DNA from: Bacteroidota bacterium
Lineage (GTDB): Bacteria > Bacteroidota > Ignavibacteria > Kapaibacteriales > UBA2268
Assembly (NCBI GenBank): GCA_048267165.1
Contig: JBLWYD010000009.1
Span: 4,577 to 68,576 of the forward strand
Direction of reading: 5' to 3'
Length of the DNA: 64,000 nucleotides
Shown: positions 37,297 to 47,500 of the stretch, one piece after another
How the letters are laid out: every line of letters starts with the position of its first letter
Position numbering within the stretch: the stretch's first letter is position 1
Position numbers and translations under genes: made by a program
The notes under the pieces: generated by a model
Told to the model about the DNA's origin: nothing
The model's database searches: none
The model's input: the letters and a program-made list of their open reading frames with translations, nothing else

Positions 37297-38085
37297 ATGG
37301 ACAAGACACTAAGAACCGCAGCCACAGGGCTATCAGCACAGCAAAAATTTGTTGAGATAATCTCGAACAATATAGCGAACGTGAATACTACTGGTTTCAA
37401 GAAAACTAGACCTGAGTTCCAAGATTTGCTATACGAAACGCTGAAACCTGCTGGCAATAGCGCAAGAATAGGCGTAGAGCCACTGAACGAAGTACAAATC
37501 GGTAGTGGTACTCAGCTTTCTGCGACTAAAAAACAATTCACTCAAGGCGATATAACATCAACTGGAAATAAGCTAGATATGGCTATTGTCGGTGATGGTT
37601 TTTTCGTTATCCAAAAGCCAGATAATTCAAGAGCTTACACAAGAGACGGTAGTTTCAAAATGGATAAGAACGGTAGTCTTGTTAATACGCAAGGTTACTA
37701 CTTAGACCCCGGATTCCAAATACCACCAGACGCTGTAGAAGTACAGATAAGCCGTGATGGTGTAGTGGGCGTATATGCTGAAGGTAGTACGGATCTTGAC
37801 ACTCTAGGTCAAATTGAGTTAGCTCGCTTCGTTAATCCATCGGGATTACGTGCAATCGGTGATAATCTATTCGAAGAATCTCCAGCATCGGGTGACCCAA
37901 TACTTTATCAACCGGGTAGCAATAATACTGGCGAGATATACCAAAGTCATTTGGAAAGCTCGAATGTAGATGTAGTTGAGGAAATGGTGGACATGATAAC
38001 AGCTCAAAGAGCTTATGAGTTGAACTCGAAATCAGTAAGAACTGCTGACGAAATATTAAATACTGCGGTTAACCTAAAACGATAA
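37297..38085 (+). CDS. flgG: flagellar distal rod protein FlgG
   Basis: LRTAATGLSAQQKFVEIISNNIANVNTTGFKK..PEFQDLLY and C-terminal SNVDVVEEMVDMITAQRAYELNSK. Confidence 0.93.
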   Translation: MDKTLRTAATGLSAQQKFVEIISNNIANVNTTGFKKTRPEFQDLLYETLKPAGNSARIGVEPLNEVQIGSGTQLSATKKQFTQGDITSTGNKLDMAIVGDGFFVIQKPDNSRAYTRDGSFKMDKNGSLVNTQGYYLDPGFQIPPDAVEVQISRDGVVGVYAEGSTDLDTLGQIELARFVNPSGLRAIGDNLFEESPASGDPILYQPGSNNTGEIYQSHLESSNVDVVEEMVDMITAQRAYELNSKSVRTADEILNTAVNLKR

Positions 38086-38086
38086 T

Positions 38087-38752
38087 ATGAGAACAATATT
38101 AGCCATATTAATACTAGCTATGTCGATGCAAATAAATGCAGCGACCTTTTCTGCGGATAGAATAGAAGAAGCATGCCGTACATTCTTGATTCAGAAATAT
38201 GGTAATGATTTTCAGATAGATTTTATGTCCAAATTCAATGATATAACATTGCAAGATGAAGATGTAAAAGCTATTTTCGATGAGCAATACACAGCTTATA
38301 ATAATGGTGTTAAATTAGAATTTGTGGCGAATGACAAAGTGCTGAAAAGCCAGACATTCCACTATACTGTGAAAAAGGAAATCGGTGTTTTCAAATCGAA
38401 ATCGTTTATACCTGTGAACACTAATATAACTAGCTCTATGTTAGTCAAATCGACTGAATTCGTTGATTTAGAGAAACTAGAATCGTATATAAACCCAGTG
38501 GGTAGAGTAGCAAGTCAATCTATATACCAAGGTGAATCATTCACAGCTATCAATACTTTACCTGACGTTACTGTAAAGCGTGGCGAAGAGATAGTAGTCA
38601 TTGCTTCTAATGGAGCGGTTACAATCCGCGGTTTGGGGACAGCAATGCAAGACGGCAGAGTCGGCGAGTCTATAAAAGTGAAGCGTGACGATAGCAAGAA
38701 AATATTAACTGGAAAAATAAATGAATCGGGCGAACTGATTCTTGGTGAATAA
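38087..38752 (+). CDS. flgA: flagellar P-ring assembly chaperone FlgA
   Basis: Signal peptide. SAF-domain C-terminus VKRGEEIVVIASNGAVTIRGLGTAMQDGRVGESIKVK. Located between flgG and flgH. Confidence 0.82.
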   Translation: MRTILAILILAMSMQINAATFSADRIEEACRTFLIQKYGNDFQIDFMSKFNDITLQDEDVKAIFDEQYTAYNNGVKLEFVANDKVLKSQTFHYTVKKEIGVFKSKSFIPVNTNITSSMLVKSTEFVDLEKLESYINPVGRVASQSIYQGESFTAINTLPDVTVKRGEEIVVIASNGAVTIRGLGTAMQDGRVGESIKVKRDDSKKILTGKINESGELILGE

Positions 38753-38753
38753 T

Positions 38754-39320
38754 ATGAAATCATTAATAATAGCAATACTATTCCTATCAGCTTTTGGGCT
38801 AGAAGCGCAGTTCGTGCAAAATAGCTCAAACTCGCTATTCTCAGATTTCAAAGCATTCCGCAAGGGAGATGCCTTGACAGTACTGATAGTAGAAGATACG
38901 AAAGCTGGGAATTCGGCAAGTACTGACAATGGGCGTGAGTCTTCTGTTGGAGCTGGTTTTGGAGTTTCAGCAGGTGGTAGCAATACCTCTGGTGACGTTT
39001 CTTTAGGAACATCTACAGATTTCAGAGGTGATGGCTCAACTTCTAGAAACGAATCTATTCGCTCTAAGCTAAGTGCTAGAGTAATAGATTTGGAAGAAAA
39101 TGGCAACCTAATAATAGAAGGAAAACGCACAACGAAAGTCAACGGCGAAACTCAGTATGTAACTATCAAAGGGGTAGTGAGACCAGTTGACGTAAGACCC
39201 GATAATTCGGTTTACTCTTATAGTATATTGGATTTGACATTGCTAATAGACGGTGATGGAACTGTTTCGGAATACCAAGAACCCGGTATGATTACAAAAT
39301 TTTTAAGGATGCTATTCTAA
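38754..39320 (+). CDS. flgH: flagellar L-ring protein FlgH
   Basis: The ATG at 38754 lies just after the flgA stop. FRKGDALTVLIVEDTKAGNSAST and LIIEGKRTTKVNGETQYVTIKGVVRPVDV blocks. Confidence 0.9.
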   Translation: MKSLIIAILFLSAFGLEAQFVQNSSNSLFSDFKAFRKGDALTVLIVEDTKAGNSASTDNGRESSVGAGFGVSAGGSNTSGDVSLGTSTDFRGDGSTSRNESIRSKLSARVIDLEENGNLIIEGKRTTKVNGETQYVTIKGVVRPVDVRPDNSVYSYSILDLTLLIDGDGTVSEYQEPGMITKFLRMLF

Positions 39321-39321
39321 T

Positions 39322-40425
39322 ATGAAAAAGATAATAATATACATATTAATAGTATTTACACTACCACTGATGAATCTAGATGCGGCACGAATCAAAGATA
39401 TAGCGAACATAGAAGGTGTGAGTGGAGTGCAAGTAATCGGCTACGGATTAGTAGTTGGGCTGAATCAAACTGGCGATAATAGAATGGTTTCTTACACGAA
39501 TCAGTCTGTTATAAACATGCTAAAAAGATTTGGGTTAACTATAGATAGAAAAAACAATGGCACAAGAAACATTGCCGCAGTTATGATAACAGCGACTATT
39601 CCCCCATTTATGAAAAAAGGCTCGCAAGTGGACGTAGTAGTATCGGCGATGGGTGATGCTAGTTCTCTACAAGGTGGAACATTGCTGATGACTCCACTAT
39701 CCAGAGCAGATGGTAGTATAATCGGTAATGCACAAGGCCCACTTTCAGTAGGTGGATACGATGTACGTGCATTCGGTAGCCGAGTATCTAAGAACTTCGT
39801 TACAAGTGGGAGAGTACCAAACGGACTAATACTTCAAAAAGAAGTAGAGCAAAGTTTAGCCGATGCATCTAGTATGCGAATCATACTTCGCCAACCAGAT
39901 TTCACAGTTGCTAATACTGTAATGACAGCTATTAATGCTTCTGCTGATTTGGATGGAAAAGCTACACTAGAAGATGGAGCTACTATCAAGGTAGATTTGA
40001 CTGGATTTACAGAAAGAAACGATCAGTTAATTAAAATTGCTCAAATAGAAGCTCTTAACGTTAGCTTAGAAGCAACATCGAAAGTAGTTATAAATGAAAG
40101 AACAGGAACAATAGTAATAGGCGGTAATGTGGAATTACTTCCATCTGTGATTGCTCACGGTGGATTGGATATAACAATCCAAAGACAAGTAATAGTACCT
40201 CAACCTGCTCCATTCACTATCTTCCCACCAAGATATGCAGAAACTGCTGTCATAGAAACTGAAGAAGAGATAAACCAAGCAAGACCGTTGGTAGTACAAA
40301 ACCCAACTGTAGCTGGTATAGCAGAATCATTAAATTTACTTCAAGTAAAGCCAAGAGATTTGATTGCAATATTCCAAGCACTCAAAGAAGCTGGCTCACT
40401 ACAAGGGGAGTTAATAATACAATGA
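39322..40425 (+). CDS. flgI: flagellar P-ring protein FlgI
   Basis: Signal peptide, then RIKDIANIEGVSGVQVIGYGLVVGLNQTGD. C-terminal ALKEAGSLQGELIIQ. Confidence 0.93.
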   Translation: MKKIIIYILIVFTLPLMNLDAARIKDIANIEGVSGVQVIGYGLVVGLNQTGDNRMVSYTNQSVINMLKRFGLTIDRKNNGTRNIAAVMITATIPPFMKKGSQVDVVVSAMGDASSLQGGTLLMTPLSRADGSIIGNAQGPLSVGGYDVRAFGSRVSKNFVTSGRVPNGLILQKEVEQSLADASSMRIILRQPDFTVANTVMTAINASADLDGKATLEDGATIKVDLTGFTERNDQLIKIAQIEALNVSLEATSKVVINERTGTIVIGGNVELLPSVIAHGGLDITIQRQVIVPQPAPFTIFPPRYAETAVIETEEEINQARPLVVQNPTVAGIAESLNLLQVKPRDLIAIFQALKEAGSLQGELIIQ

Positions 40426-41237
40426 GTATAGAAAATTTAGACACTGGACAGAGCCGCAATATGGCTCAGACGGCACAACTTGCTCGCAAGATGAGTGCAT
40501 TCGATAATATAGGCAAGACCTCAAAGTCAAGAATGAGCGAAGCTGAGAAATCGAAAATAGAGCAAGCCTCTCGTGGCTTCGAATCTATTTTCGTGAATAT
40601 GATGCTTAAAGAAATGAAAAGTGCTCAGTTAGAAGAAAAAGACGATGAAGGATTTGGTGGAAATACTATGCAAGAGATGGCTCAACTAAGTCTTTCTGAC
40701 AAAATTTCTAAAGATGGCCAAGGTATGGGCATAGCTCAGATGATGTATAAGCAAATGACGGGTGATAATCTACCAACTAGAAGCTCATATTCTGTACCAC
40801 CAGCGCAAGTAAAACCAGCAAGTATCTCGAGTACTGCAGCTGAGAAAATTTCAAAATATGATGATATAATAGACAAAGCATCTAAGGAATATGGCATTCC
40901 TAAAAATCTTATAAAATCGGTTATAGCTGCTGAATCGGCTGGTAATCATACAGCAGTTTCACCAGCTGGTGCCAAAGGACTAATGCAGCTAATGGACGGA
41001 ACTGCAGCAAGTTTAGGTGTGCAGAATTCGTTCAACCCTGAAGAGAATATTTATGGTGGTACTAACTACCTTAATAAAATGCTCAATAAGTTCGATGGCT
41101 CAATAGAGCTAGCTTTGGCGGCATATAATGCAGGCCCGGGCAACGTAGAAAAACACAATGGAATACCTCCATTCGATGAAACAAGAAAATATGTAAGCAG
41201 AGTATTGTCGTACAATTCGGCATTAGGAGAAGAATAA
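40422..41237 (+). CDS. flgJ: FlgJ-like rod-binding protein fused to an SLT lytic transglycosylase domain
   Basis: N-terminal rod-binding motif SRGFESIFVNMMLKEMKS. C-terminal SLT motifs IAAESAGN, GAKGLMQLM and AAYNAGPGNV. ATGA overlap with flgI. Confidence 0.85.
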   Translation: MSIENLDTGQSRNMAQTAQLARKMSAFDNIGKTSKSRMSEAEKSKIEQASRGFESIFVNMMLKEMKSAQLEEKDDEGFGGNTMQEMAQLSLSDKISKDGQGMGIAQMMYKQMTGDNLPTRSSYSVPPAQVKPASISSTAAEKISKYDDIIDKASKEYGIPKNLIKSVIAAESAGNHTAVSPAGAKGLMQLMDGTAASLGVQNSFNPEENIYGGTNYLNKMLNKFDGSIELALAAYNAGPGNVEKHNGIPPFDETRKYVSRVLSYNSALGEE

Positions 41238-41238
41238 T

Positions 41239-41679
41239 ATGGATGAGAAATTTGTAGATTTCCTGAAAAGAGAAAAGGAATTGACTGAAAAGCTGTTGAT
41301 GCTTTCTAATAGATTGCGTGAAGCTCTGATGTCACAAAGGCAAGATTTGGTCGAAAAAATCTCACAAGATCAGCACATTATAACTGCAAAGCTAAAAGAA
41401 ATGGAAGAAAGAAGATTGAGATATATGGTCTCTAAGCTATCTATTAGCAGAGTAGAAGCGTCTCAGCTCCGACTTTCGGAAATAGAAAAAACAGTAGAAG
41501 GCGAAAACAAAATCGACCTTCGTAGAATAAGAATAGCAATGAAGAAAATAGTCTCAGAATTGCAAGAAGTAAACACTACTAATAGACTACTTTCTAACAG
41601 AGCAAAGAACAGTGTTACCAATATAATCTCTACACTTAACAGTAGAAATGGTAGAAAAGTTTGTGACGTAAAGGTATAA
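41239..41679 (+). CDS. flgN: FlgN-like flagellar export chaperone
   Basis: 146-aa helical protein directly upstream of flgK-flgL. The assignment rests on size, position and heptad-like composition. Confidence 0.55.
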   Translation: MDEKFVDFLKREKELTEKLLMLSNRLREALMSQRQDLVEKISQDQHIITAKLKEMEERRLRYMVSKLSISRVEASQLRLSEIEKTVEGENKIDLRRIRIAMKKIVSELQEVNTTNRLLSNRAKNSVTNIISTLNSRNGRKVCDVKV

Positions 41680-41682
41680 GAT

Positions 41683-43122
41683 ATGAGTTTTTCAACATTA
41701 CAGATTGGCAAGTCAGCACTCCTCGCACAGCGCTATGGATTGGAAGTTGTTTCGAACAATATATCCAATGCAAATACTGAAGGGTACTCTCGTAAAAGAG
41801 CGGACATGACTTCTGCCAATTCGAAATTCGAAGCAGGGAACTTCGTAGGTACTGGCGTTATAGCTGACCAACTGAAATCATTCCGTGAAGAATTTTTCGA
41901 TAAAGAAATAAGAAATTCCATAACTAGAAATGCCGGTTACGAATCTGATCAAGAAGTGCTAAAAAGAATTGAAGGCGTATTGGGTGAGCCATCTGATACT
42001 GGGCTAAACAACCTAATCTCGGACTTCTTTATTAGTTGGGATGAGCTAGCTTCCAACCCTGATAATGCTGGCTACAGACAGAAAGTAATATCAAGTGCTA
42101 AAAATATGACGGATAAGTTCCATCAGCTTTCTGAAGGATTCGAAGAAACTCGAATAGATGTACTATCAAAGCTAAAAGACAATGTAGCAGACGTTAATAG
42201 TCTAGCCAAGAGAATATCTGAAATAAACTCTAGAATCGCTGATAACCATAACTCATCTCTGGATGGAGATTTGAATATGGCAGACGAGCGAGAGGTAATG
42301 ATAGAGCAATTGGCAGAATACGGCAAGACTAACGTTAGCCAGAACGATGATGGTACTGTCAATGTCTATATGAACGGTATTAACCTAGTAACTGGTAAAA
42401 GTCTGAATGAATTGAAGCTAGTAGAGACTACAAACGGTACTACTAACGAGCGAACTATTGGCCTATATACTACTGATAAGCAAGGTAATCTGATAAATAA
42501 GATTAACCCTGGTGCTGGTAAATTAGAAGCCCAAATGAAGCACTACAACGAAACTTTAGACAAAGATGACACGAGTGGTAATTTCTCAATAGCAAAGTCG
42601 ATTAATGAACTTGCAAAAGAGATAGCTGCTAATGTTAATATGGCAAGTGTTGCCGGATTTGGTTTGAATGACACTGGAGCTATTCCTCCGGGGCGTTCGT
42701 TCTTTGTTCCTTATCCAACTGATGCAGACGCACTTTCTATACAAGTGAATTCTGTAATACTGAATGATACGGATAATATCCCATTATCATCAGTAGCTGG
42801 CGAAAGTGGCAATAACCAAATCGGTTTGCAAATAGCCGCATTGGCTGATGATATTAACTTCATCAACAATAGAACTCCGGGTGAGTATTATTCTGATTTG
42901 CTTTCCAAAGCAGGTAATATGCTGAATGATTCGCAAACTGGATTGAAAAATAGTACGATGGTACTTGACCAAATGAAAAATCAACGCGATACTATAATCG
43001 GTGTGAATCTGGACGAAGAAGCGATAAATTTAATCAAATTCCAGCGTAGTTTTGAAGCCGCAGCGAGAGTTGTAAATATGGCTGATGAAGTATTAGGAAC
43101 AATTGTAAATCTGGGTAGATAA
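41683..43122 (+). CDS. flgK: flagellar hook-associated protein 1 FlgK
   Basis: N-terminal LQIGKSALLAQRYGLEVVSNNISNANTEGYSRK. C-terminal VNLDEEAINLIKFQRSFEAAARV. Confidence 0.92.
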   Translation: MSFSTLQIGKSALLAQRYGLEVVSNNISNANTEGYSRKRADMTSANSKFEAGNFVGTGVIADQLKSFREEFFDKEIRNSITRNAGYESDQEVLKRIEGVLGEPSDTGLNNLISDFFISWDELASNPDNAGYRQKVISSAKNMTDKFHQLSEGFEETRIDVLSKLKDNVADVNSLAKRISEINSRIADNHNSSLDGDLNMADEREVMIEQLAEYGKTNVSQNDDGTVNVYMNGINLVTGKSLNELKLVETTNGTTNERTIGLYTTDKQGNLINKINPGAGKLEAQMKHYNETLDKDDTSGNFSIAKSINELAKEIAANVNMASVAGFGLNDTGAIPPGRSFFVPYPTDADALSIQVNSVILNDTDNIPLSSVAGESGNNQIGLQIAALADDINFINNRTPGEYYSDLLSKAGNMLNDSQTGLKNSTMVLDQMKNQRDTIIGVNLDEEAINLIKFQRSFEAAARVVNMADEVLGTIVNLGR

Positions 43123-44117
43123 TGAGAGTAGGTACTAATTCCGTATATAGAGATTACCAAAGAAATCTGAATGACTCACAGTTCAAAGTGAACAAGGAGA
43201 ATCTGCGGATTTCATCTGGAAAAAAGAATCATAGCATATCAGAAAATACGGCAGATATAGTAGATGCAGATATGTTCAGAAATAAGATAAGCCGCAATGA
43301 GGCATTTCTGAAGAATATTGGCTCGAACCTAGACAAATTGCAACAGACCGATACTGCACTGCGAAATATCTCTGACAAAATGCAAGAGATAAGAGACTAC
43401 GTAGTAGATGTATCGAAGACAAGTACTGGCTATAACCATTTTGCAATAGCACAATCTATCAAAGGGGCATTAGAAGATATAGTAACAATTGCCAATACGG
43501 ATAATAACGGATCGTATCTCTTTTCTGGGAATATGACTTCACCAAAAGACATAAAGAACGCAAACCCAACTTTAAATAATCTTCCTTTTGAGATAATACA
43601 AGGCACAGCTACACCGACTAATCCATCGGGATTGTCGATAGTGTACAAAGGGAATAACGAAGACATAAACGTTAATATAACTGACATGTCGCAAGAGAGA
43701 GTGAACACCAAGGCAGAAGAAATATTCGGTGCTGGTGGTACTGAGGCACTTCAGAAAATTATAGATATTTACAATGTAGTAGCGTTCGATCAATCGGGTG
43801 CACAAAGACCAGCACGTACATTACTAAATGCAGATGAACTAGCCGAGCTAAACACATTACAAAAAGACATAGCTGATAAATATGACGAAATGAACATATT
43901 AGCAGCAGTCAACGGTAGTAAAATCAACCGACTAGAATCAACAAAAGATTTTCTATTAGACGAGAATCTTAGACTAGACGAATACCGCTCTATCAAAGAA
44001 GATACAGACATAGCCGAATCAGCTATGAATCTAAAACGAGAAGAAAACATACTCCAATTCGCCCTACAAGTAGGTAGCCGAATCAACCAACTGAACCTAT
44101 TCCAGTTCTTGAGTTAG
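43122..44117 (+). CDS. flgL: flagellar hook-associated protein 3 FlgL
   Basis: Flagellin-like N-terminus MRVGTNSVYRDYQRNL...ISSGKK and a helical C-terminus. The start overlaps the flgK stop (TAATG). Confidence 0.85.
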   Translation: MRVGTNSVYRDYQRNLNDSQFKVNKENLRISSGKKNHSISENTADIVDADMFRNKISRNEAFLKNIGSNLDKLQQTDTALRNISDKMQEIRDYVVDVSKTSTGYNHFAIAQSIKGALEDIVTIANTDNNGSYLFSGNMTSPKDIKNANPTLNNLPFEIIQGTATPTNPSGLSIVYKGNNEDINVNITDMSQERVNTKAEEIFGAGGTEALQKIIDIYNVVAFDQSGAQRPARTLLNADELAELNTLQKDIADKYDEMNILAAVNGSKINRLESTKDFLLDENLRLDEYRSIKEDTDIAESAMNLKREENILQFALQVGSRINQLNLFQFLS

Positions 44118-44533
44118 GATGACAGCGTCACTCAGAACGCAGTGAAGAGTCCAGGAGAATACTTGTCACAGCGAGCGAAGCGTGCTTGCCAAGCCAAAGG
44201 CATGGGCTGTCCCAATTATAACTAACCTATCATCATGTTTGTTTTATCACTGAGTTCACGAAGTTGTAATTTTCTAATTTATAACACAGAGGTCACAAAG
44301 TGTGGGTGTCCGAAGAAACAATGTAAAACAGAGTATTGTCGTTGGCTTCAGCCAATGGATAGAATAATTCTATCTGTAGCCACCTTAAATTTTCATGCCT
44401 TTGGCTTGACAGGCAAGGGGGTTCCTGCTTTCAGCTGGACAAGTGGGGGATTTATTAGATTTGCCCACTTGCATTATCCACATACTATTACTATATTTAG
44501 CAAGGCCGATTTCAACTGGTTGCGAAAAACATT
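44118..44533. repeat. 416-nt intergenic mosaic of GC-rich hairpin modules
   Basis: gtcactcagaacgcagtgaagagtcc (44127-44152), tgtcacagcgag (44164-44175) and cgaagcgtgcttgcc (44176-44190). Inverted pair aagccaaaggcatg (44191-44204) / catgcctttggctt (44394-44407). Small hairpin ttggcttcagccaa (44342-44355). Confidence 0.7.
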
Positions 44534-47500
44534 ATGAAAACTATTCTACTACTTCTAATATCTATACTCATTTCGGCTTCAACCGTTGAAGCTCAAGACA
44601 CCCTACCTTTTTCAGGTAAAACATATTACAACTGGTATTTTGGAATATATGCGGGTGTTACATTCGATACTCCTGATAAAGAACCGATATTTTTACCAAA
44701 TACAGTACTTGGAACTGGTCAGAATTCAACTACCATTTCTGATAGAGATGGTAACTTCTTATTTCATTCTAATGGTGAGATGCTAGAAAATTTTAAGCAT
44801 CGAATTGTTCAAAGAGATATGGGTGGGAATGATTCTCAAAATGAAGGTAGTGTATTGGCTCCACTTTACGGAAATAAATTTATTTTTTTTACTTGTGTCT
44901 TTGCTAATTCCATTTTAAATGAAAGACAATTTGACCCTCCTAGAAGGCTGCATGATTCGACTGGTTTAGTCTATTCTATTTTTTCTTATGATTATGATGC
45001 TGATACTTTAATTTTTGAAGTATTTAAAAAACAGTTATATAAGTCCTATAGATCAGAGGCGATTCAGTTATCATATAGTGCTTTGACTGGTAATTATATT
45101 TTAATTGCTGTTGAACCCAAAGGAGAAATAAGTGCCTTCGAATTCGATTTGAAAGGGAACTTGCTAAGAGAGAAAAAACAATCTTTTTACAATATTGATC
45201 CCAACACAAACCTTCTAGATATTAGAATAAATCAAATGTGTGATAAAGTTGCAGTCAATTCAAGTTATGGTTTCTACAGATTTGGGAATGAAACAAATAA
45301 AACTGTTCATAATAGTTATCTTTACCTCATGAATTTTGATGCTAAGAAACTTGAATTTTACAATTATAAAGAATATGACTTTGGTAAATTTCAATTTATC
45401 TCCATTGAATTCTCATCCAATTCAAATTATCTATATACAATCCTGTCAGACCTAGATTTAGATCAAAATAGTAAAGAGTATCTTAAACGAATTGATTTGA
45501 AAGAAAATCAAATAGAAGATTTATATTCAGGCGAAATACCTAAGAGTAAAGATTATAGGCGGACTAATGAAAATATAATAGCGTCCGCTGTTATTTCTGA
45601 ATTAAAAATAGCCCCAAATAATAAGATTTACATTGCAAGAAATCGAGCAAACCATCTTTCATCAATTGAAAATCCTAATAGTAAACCTAATCCTTTCTAT
45701 TTGTTAGACCCTGTCTATTTTGAAGAATTTAATGGAATAACCCCATTTGGAAATATGGATCTTCCCCAATTCATATCCGCATCATTCGCACCAGTTTATG
45801 TACGAAGTGAAATAATTCTATGTGAGGGTGAGAAGTTAGAACTATATGCAAAAACACAGTTGCCCGATACAAACGCAACATATAACTGGACTGGTCCAAA
45901 ACAATTCAAAACAAGTGAGCAATATCCAAGTATTGATAATATTCAACTAGACCAAGCAGGACTATATATAGTTACTGTCAGAAGCGGTCAAGAGACTTAC
46001 ACCGCAGAGACTTTCGTAAGAGTAAAACCCACTCCCAAACCAACGTTAGAAGCATACCCGAAAGCATTTTTATGTAATGATGGTGTCATAGTTCTTAGAT
46101 TGAAAGAGCAGTTCGCTTCATATCTATGGTCAACTGGTGATACAACAGAGTTTATTAGTGTTACTAAAAGTGGAATGTATGGTGTAACAGTTACTAATGA
46201 AGTAGGTTGTGAAGCTTATGTAGAGCTGAATGTAGGTTTCGGAAGCGATTATGTAATAGCGATAGAAGGCGACACTTTAAAATGTACTGGCGAATCAGTA
46301 ACGCTAACTAGCACAGATGAATACCCTGAATACAATTGGTCCAACGGAGAAAAGACACGTTCAATCACAGTTATCAACCCTGCGAGATATACACTTACAG
46401 TTAAAACAGAAGAGGGATGTACTGTATCACGTACTATCGAAGTGAAAGACCATCCGAAAATTAATGCAGTACTAAACCCAACACCAACAACAATTTGTAA
46501 TGGAGACTCGACTTTACTAGAATCAAAATACGATGTTCCTTATTATAGCTACGAGTGGAACACTGGAGCTACAACAAGGGGAATCTATGTAAGTAGTTCA
46601 GGGACTTACAAGTTAATAATAACGGACACAAGAACTGGCTGTACTGACAGTACAGAAATCGCAATCAGCGTTGAAGACAACTTGAAACCTGAAATCATAG
46701 GTGGAGACATTTGCTCTGGTCAATCTGCAACTTTAGAAGCTCTTCCCAACGACCCAAGTTATACTTACCTTTGGAGCAACGGCGAAGAAACACCAGTAAT
46801 AGAAGTAACCCAAGCAGGAACATATTCAGTTACTGTTAGCAAGGCTAGTTGCGTAGGAACAGCCGAAACAACAGTAAACGAAAGCCCAACACCAGAGTTT
46901 ACTATTCTGGGTGAAACTATCATTTGTAATAATGAAACAGCGGTGCTAAGTAGTAGTGATGACTTCGCAGAATACCTCTGGTCAACAAATGAGATAACTA
47001 AAGAAATTGAAGTAACAGAAGCGGGTATTTATACGTTAACCGTAACTGATATTAATGGATGCACGGCAACAGAAACACGCACGGTAGAAAAATATGAACT
47101 GAAATTCGATATTAGCAATGATAGCATTAACTTCGGAAAGGTTTATATTACTGAAACTAAATCTGATAATACTACTATAACTAACAACAGTGGATTTGAA
47201 ATAACTTTACTTGGTGGTCAAACAATAGACGATGGACAATCATATCCATACAACTATGATTTTGTACCAATACAACTTGGTGCATTTAGTAACAGTATTG
47301 ATATTAGCATTGTAGATCCATGCGATACAGTTATTACCATACCAATTACAGCAACTGTATATGCAAGAACAACTATTAGTACAACTGACATATACACCCA
47401 AATCGGTCAAGCAGAAACTATACCTGTATATCTAGAATGCGAAGCTGATTTACCAATACAAGAATACACAATCACTACAGATATTGATAGAACCGCTTTT

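Noticed and set aside
38705-39142. 145-aa minus-strand ORF overlapping flgA and flgH (similar antisense ORFs lie over flgK, flgL, alaS, pheT and rny)
   Set aside because: They lie opposite strongly supported conserved genes and show no independent signals. They are typical antisense shadow ORFs.
44235-44537. 100-aa ORF upstream of the adhesin gene
   Set aside because: It reads straight through the GC-rich hairpin modules (the translations RWLQPMD and HAFGLTGKG come from the palindromes). It has no start context and its composition is unlike real genes here.
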